The translations under genes and the position numbers were made by a program. The notes beneath the pieces were generated by a model. It saw only the letters and a program-made list of their open reading frames with translations. It did not search any database and was not told the origin of the DNA. Source: Candidatus Microgenomates bacterium (GTDB taxonomy: Bacteria > Patescibacteriota > Microgenomatia > UBA8517 > JACQJR01). Taken from it: DNA of 64,000 nt. Position 1 is the first letter of the stretch. Each line of letters opens with the position of its first letter. Positions 60,078 to 64,000 of the stretch are shown here, piece after piece. Location of the stretch: assembly GCA_016204995.1 (NCBI GenBank), contig JACQJR010000002.1:2557-66556 (forward strand), given 5' to 3'.

Positions 60078-62252
60078 TTAATTAGGCTTACCTACAACTT
60101 TAGCCACTTCAGCCAAAAAAAGATCAGTTCTTAATAAGACGCTGTGGGCAGGAAGAGTATTGGGATCACCAGCCTCCCATATGAATTTTACCTTATACCC
60201 CTCTATTTCCTTTTTAGAATTATTAACGATAGCAACTTCTTGTTTTACTAAACCATCATAAGAATTAGTAAAAGTAAAAAATTCTACGCCTTCTGCTTGC
60301 AAGATAAGAGCAGAATCCTCAACTGCTTTTGAAGTATTAGGATCATCCCCGAGTTTAATAAAATCTTTTGCAGCATCTCCCAGAAAACTACCTAAGTTAT
60401 CTATATCTATGGGGAAAAATGCTTTATTAATTCCCTTAAGGGGACTATCAATAGTTATCGCTCTACAGATAGACTCAGGATAAGTTAGAGCTAGCTGCTC
60501 GACCATATAACCTCCCTGGCTATGACCAACTAAAATAAATTGTGTTAAAGGAAAAAGTATTTTAGCTCTTTCTAAGAAAAGTTTTACCCTTTCTGTGTTT
60601 TCAGATATGTGACGTTTTGAATGACTCTCTTTATAGAAATCAGGTTTAATTATTCTCTTACCTTGTCCATCTTGGGACAATTCAACGTTATATGTTAGCT
60701 CTAAAAATTGGATGTCACTCCAACCAATAAGTTTTAAACCATCTTTCATTTTAGAAAATTTTTCAATCTGATATTCACTAGTAGAAGCGGATAGACCTTT
60801 TATAGAAGAATCCCAACCATCAATAAAAATAATCATAATAGGACGTTGGGGATCAACCAAAGAACCATTCCAATCAATAAATAAATCTTTAGGAAAGTCT
60901 TTCTTATCTATTTTATCTGATAACCATTGAGGAATTTCCCAAATTTTAAAATTTCTTTGCCGCAATTTAGAAAATTTATTTAAATCTTCTTCAACCTTAT
61001 ATCTGCCCCCGTTATTCAAATACCAATTACTCTTATCAGGTAAAGAAACTAAATTACCTTCACTGAATCCTAACTTATTTTTTGACTCGGGGATTTGGGA
61101 AATTAAATCTTCAGAAATATTTTTCGGTTTTGGGGCGGCAAAAATTTCCCAAACAGTAGGGGAGACAGAATACTTTCGACCTTGATTAAGGAAAAACATC
61201 CCCTTATCCGTTTTTACAAAATCACCCTCGCCAATAGAAGTAGAATGAACGGAAAAGAAAGTATCGCCGCGAGGTGAGGTACCGGCTGCGCCTAAACTTA
61301 TTTTTTCACCGGTAGTCACAGAAATAACAAATATTTCGGCCTGAAACGGCTCCCGCGCATTAATATTAGTGATGGTATCTGTATACCCAATCAGCCAGTC
61401 AGGCCATAAAAAGTTAGAAGGAATTAGCTGATTATTTTTATCGTACTTGATAGATGTCTTTTTAGTAACGGTATTTTCCTTAACTTTATATAAATAGATA
61501 TCAATCGCCCTTGCCTCATAATTAAGTTTATGAATTAAAGCTTCATTATCACTTATATAAATAAAGTTTCTTTTACGGCCCCACCTTTCCAAAACCACAT
61601 CCGTTCCTTTGATTGGTTTAACCTCGTGTTCCAAATCTGGTATGGCGACAAGTTTGTTTCTATCCGTCATAAAAGAATTGCTATTAAAATCCCATACATA
61701 GGTTTGAGTGGCAGGGTCACTTTCTCCACCACCAGTTATAGCCAACATTGATCCATCAACTGACCACGCCAAAACACCATAAGGAGACGAGATAGGAAAG
61801 TCCACCGCAAAAGCTTTAGATATCTGGCCGTGATCTAAATCAACTAGGTGAACATTACGGATATATTTACCAGGAGAGAAAAGACGAGAGGAAATAGCTA
61901 ATTTTTGTCCGTCAGGAGAAAAAGCTAAATCAAATGGACTGGGGTTATCAAAACGGGACGGCAAGACACCCTTAAAAATATCACCCCTATCCGGATTACT
62001 AACAGTGATTTGGCCATTTCTATCAATCGTGGCAAAGGTAAAACTGGATACACCCTTAATAAGCTCTAACTTCGGCTCTTCAACCCATTTAATAACTTCC
62101 GGCTGGAATTTGCGCTCTGGAATATCTAATTTTTTGTCGCCATCTTCACAGGCTACTAAAAATGAGGCAATCAGAGGAGCTCCTATTACAGTTCCTGCCA
62201 CCTTGGCACCATCTCCCAAGAATCTTCTCCTATCTCCGCGCCACTCAACCAC
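60078..62252 (-). CDS. Tat-secreted beta-propeller (TolB/WD40-like) protein fused to a C-terminal alpha/beta-hydrolase (lipase/esterase) domain
   Basis: Twin-arginine motif RRRFLGDGAKVAG; repeated FSPDGQKLA / WSVDGSMLA propeller blades; lipase nucleophile elbow LVGHSQGGYM. Confidence 0.5.
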   Translation of the reverse strand: MVEWRGDRRRFLGDGAKVAGTVIGAPLIASFLVACEDGDKKLDIPERKFQPEVIKWVEEPKLELIKGVSSFTFATIDRNGQITVSNPDRGDIFKGVLPSRFDNPSPFDLAFSPDGQKLAISSRLFSPGKYIRNVHLVDLDHGQISKAFAVDFPISSPYGVLAWSVDGSMLAITGGGESDPATQTYVWDFNSNSFMTDRNKLVAIPDLEHEVKPIKGTDVVLERWGRKRNFIYISDNEALIHKLNYEARAIDIYLYKVKENTVTKKTSIKYDKNNQLIPSNFLWPDWLIGYTDTITNINAREPFQAEIFVISVTTGEKISLGAAGTSPRGDTFFSVHSTSIGEGDFVKTDKGMFFLNQGRKYSVSPTVWEIFAAPKPKNISEDLISQIPESKNKLGFSEGNLVSLPDKSNWYLNNGGRYKVEEDLNKFSKLRQRNFKIWEIPQWLSDKIDKKDFPKDLFIDWNGSLVDPQRPIMIIFIDGWDSSIKGLSASTSEYQIEKFSKMKDGLKLIGWSDIQFLELTYNVELSQDGQGKRIIKPDFYKESHSKRHISENTERVKLFLERAKILFPLTQFILVGHSQGGYMVEQLALTYPESICRAITIDSPLKGINKAFFPIDIDNLGSFLGDAAKDFIKLGDDPNTSKAVEDSALILQAEGVEFFTFTNSYDGLVKQEVAIVNNSKKEIEGYKVKFIWEAGDPNTLPAHSVLLRTDLFLAEVAKVVGKPN

Positions 62253-62512
62253 CGTTCCAGTTTAAAAACAAAAGATAATTTTTGTCAAATGAAAAATTTT
62301 ACGAAAGTTTGGTTAGGGGAGAGAAGTAGGCACAGCTGGCTAGATTATTCGTCTTTTGTTCGGAAAGGACTTTTTAGACATAGATAACAAAAAGAGAGAA
62401 AAATAGAACAGTAAACAGTTTGCATTATTAATTATAAATTGTAAATTATACATTGAGTGCTTTAAGACACGCTCTTCTCTGGCAAATTGGTTTGACGTCG
62501 CAAAAGTATTAT

Positions 62513-62939
62513 TGTGCGACCTACTATGATTTTGTTCCCTGTTGTGGATGGACACGCTATAATAAGCAGAGCTTGTTACTCGTCCACTATGTGGACTTCG
62601 TAATAGCCCCTACAACGCCCTTTTGGGGAGTGAGACGACTACTTGTATATCCCGAATTATCTGACTAATCTCTATCTTAACGACTTCTGCCTTAAAAAAC
62701 GTTAGTGCCACCGGGCCTTCGGGTTTTGTAAGAAAGGGATGTTGAAAAATTATCCACATAGAGCCCCGAAGGGGTGGCGTCGCCATATCAGACTGTATCA
62801 TTTGAAGCTAATTATTCTTACTGGCAGGAGCCAGGAGAAGCGCTAGGCTCAAAGCTGGTTTAGCACCGGCCTGTCTAATCTGCGTGAAAATTTAACCGCT
62901 TTTTCGTGAAAACTCCCTATGGCACTATAGGTCGCACAA
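62513..62939. other. Noncoding structured region bounded by a 12-bp perfect inverted repeat (candidate ncRNA or MITE-like element)
   Basis: TTGTGCGACCTA (62513-62524) and TAGGTCGCACAA (62928-62939). Internal hairpin GCCACCGGGCCTTCGGG ... CCCCGAAGGGGTGGCG (62707-62779). No ORF longer than 71 aa, and GC is above typical intergenic levels. Confidence 0.25.
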
Positions 62940-63031
62940 CTAAACTTGTCCTTCATTCTATCCTCTCCCCTTTCTCGCCAGTAGTCTGAAAAATTTTCTA
63001 ATCTCTAAGCTCTAGCATCTAAGTTCTAGCC

Positions 63032-63802
63032 TCAGCCACCCCATCTGGCGCTCACGTAAACTGCAATCGCTACCACCAAGCCCACCAGCAGGTACTCCTT
63101 CACAGTTTTAGCAAAAAGCCGGTTTTGTAAATAGGCTTGAGTTAAACCTAAAATTACATACAAAATACTGGTTAGAAACAAGGAGGATACCAACACTGTC
63201 AATGGCCACAAGGAAATCATAAAGGAAATCTCCCCTACGATCAATCCGGCCACGCCTGCTAATTGCCAAACGCGCCTGCTAATTTTATCCGACAACTCTA
63301 TTGACCAGAGATTTTGCAAAAGTAACGGCAAAGCCAAAAAGGCGGCTATCAAAGCATTAAAGTGCGGGTAAAGCCGGAAGGACCATAAGGTGTCAAATAA
63401 AAAGAAAGACGCCAGTAAAGTTAGTAAAAAACCGACCGCGTGAGCAGCCCGCAACAGAGCGATCGTCCGGATGGAAGCCACGTTATAAATATTGGAAGTT
63501 AAAAGAAGGGCGTACATACCTAAACCATACAGCAAAACCACCGGCAAACGGGCTAACTGTGAAGCTGGCAGCAAAAAATAGAATAAACCGACGCCGGCCG
63601 TAAAAAGCACCGGTAAAACCAAGGTTAAAACTGTGGCGTTAAACCTCAAACTATCCCGCAAAGCCCAAAAGGATAAAATTAAAGAAACCCCAATAACCAC
63701 TAAAATCGCCTCGTAGCGAAACAGAAAATTGGACAACTGAATAAATAAGAAAGCGCTTGATAAAATACCAGAGGTCAGTAAAAATTTTCTTCTTTTACTC
63801 AT
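63032..63802 (-). CDS. Polytopic membrane protein (hypothetical, about 8 TM helices)
   Basis: 256-aa hydrophobic ORF; its start overlaps the stop of the upstream yebC-like gene by 8 nt. Confidence 0.4.
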   Translation of the reverse strand: MSKRRKFLLTSGILSSAFLFIQLSNFLFRYEAILVVIGVSLILSFWALRDSLRFNATVLTLVLPVLFTAGVGLFYFLLPASQLARLPVVLLYGLGMYALLLTSNIYNVASIRTIALLRAAHAVGFLLTLLASFFLFDTLWSFRLYPHFNALIAAFLALPLLLQNLWSIELSDKISRRVWQLAGVAGLIVGEISFMISLWPLTVLVSSLFLTSILYVILGLTQAYLQNRLFAKTVKEYLLVGLVVAIAVYVSARWGG

Positions 63803-64000
63803 GGATATCTAAATTGGCATAAACTGCCTGCACATCGTCATGATTTTGCAAGGTTTCCAGAAAACTGACTACTTTTTGCGCCTCATCCGACCCTAAACTT
63901 ACCAGATTAAGCGGTTTCATGGTCAGTTCGGCGCTAACCACCCCAAACCCCAGACCGGCAATTTTTTCGCGGGTGTTATTAAGTTCCGCCGGCTTAGTGT
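63795..64000 (-). CDS. yebC: YebC/PmpR-family transcriptional regulatory protein, C-terminal part (gene begins beyond the window end)
   Basis: Minus-strand translation ...GFGVVSAELTMKPLNLVSLGSDEAQKVVSFLETLQNHDDVQAVYANLDIHE* matches the YebC C-terminus (LEDLDDVQNVYTN). Confidence 0.65.
   Translation of the reverse strand, partial: TKPAELNNTREKIAGLGFGVVSAELTMKPLNLVSLGSDEAQKVVSFLETLQNHDDVQAVYANLDIHE

Noticed and set aside
62460-63031. RNase P RNA, tmRNA or SRP RNA as the identity of the structured spacer
   Set aside because: The region contains no GGAAAGUCCGG or ACAGAA(N)CCGGCUUA (RNase P) motif. It lacks a GGUUCGA T-arm and an ...ALAA-stop tag frame (tmRNA), and it lacks the GGAAGCAGCC-type domain IV (SRP). 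Only generic hairpins were found, so it is left as an unclassified candidate.

Overview
This 64 kb window reads as a compact, low-GC bacterial chromosome segment with short intergenic spacers and domain-reduced housekeeping proteins (411-aa ThrRS, 649-aa PheT, 284-aa trigger factor). That style is typical of reduced genomes such as Patescibacteria/CPR; the taxonomic guess is inference only. The housekeeping core comprises dinB (partial), a SAM-riboswitch-like leader followed by metK, pyrD, tig, tRNA-Val, a deoxyhypusine-synthase-like gene with agmatinase, the classic thrS-infC-rpmI-rplT-pheS-pheT cluster, PBP1A, tyrS, recG, rpmF-nusB-rnc, rpsP with a KH protein, a holB-like gene, gyrB and gyrA (separated by an inserted cassette), an ABC exporter pair, a membrane pyrophosphatase, xerC/D and a partial yebC-family gene. 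The dominant accessory feature is a roughly 18 kb type IV pilus locus running from pilM-N-O through a PilX-like gene, eight tandem pilin paralogues, pilD, pilC, pilT and pilB to a palindromic divergent control region. The 5' ends of the pilin genes are built from degenerate heptanucleotide tandem repeats, a structure that invites phase variation. Mobile and repeat elements are two REP-associated tyrosine transposase (RAYT, IS200-like) genes, each flanked by its own palindromic REP pair, and a small GIY-YIG nuclease element with terminal inverted repeats between hppA and gyrA. Two genes (an isopentenyl phosphate kinase and the GIY-YIG nuclease) each carry a +1 frameshift inside a T6 run. A 780 bp noncoding, structured region sits upstream of a Tat-secreted beta-propeller/lipase gene. 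No rRNA or CRISPR array was seen.
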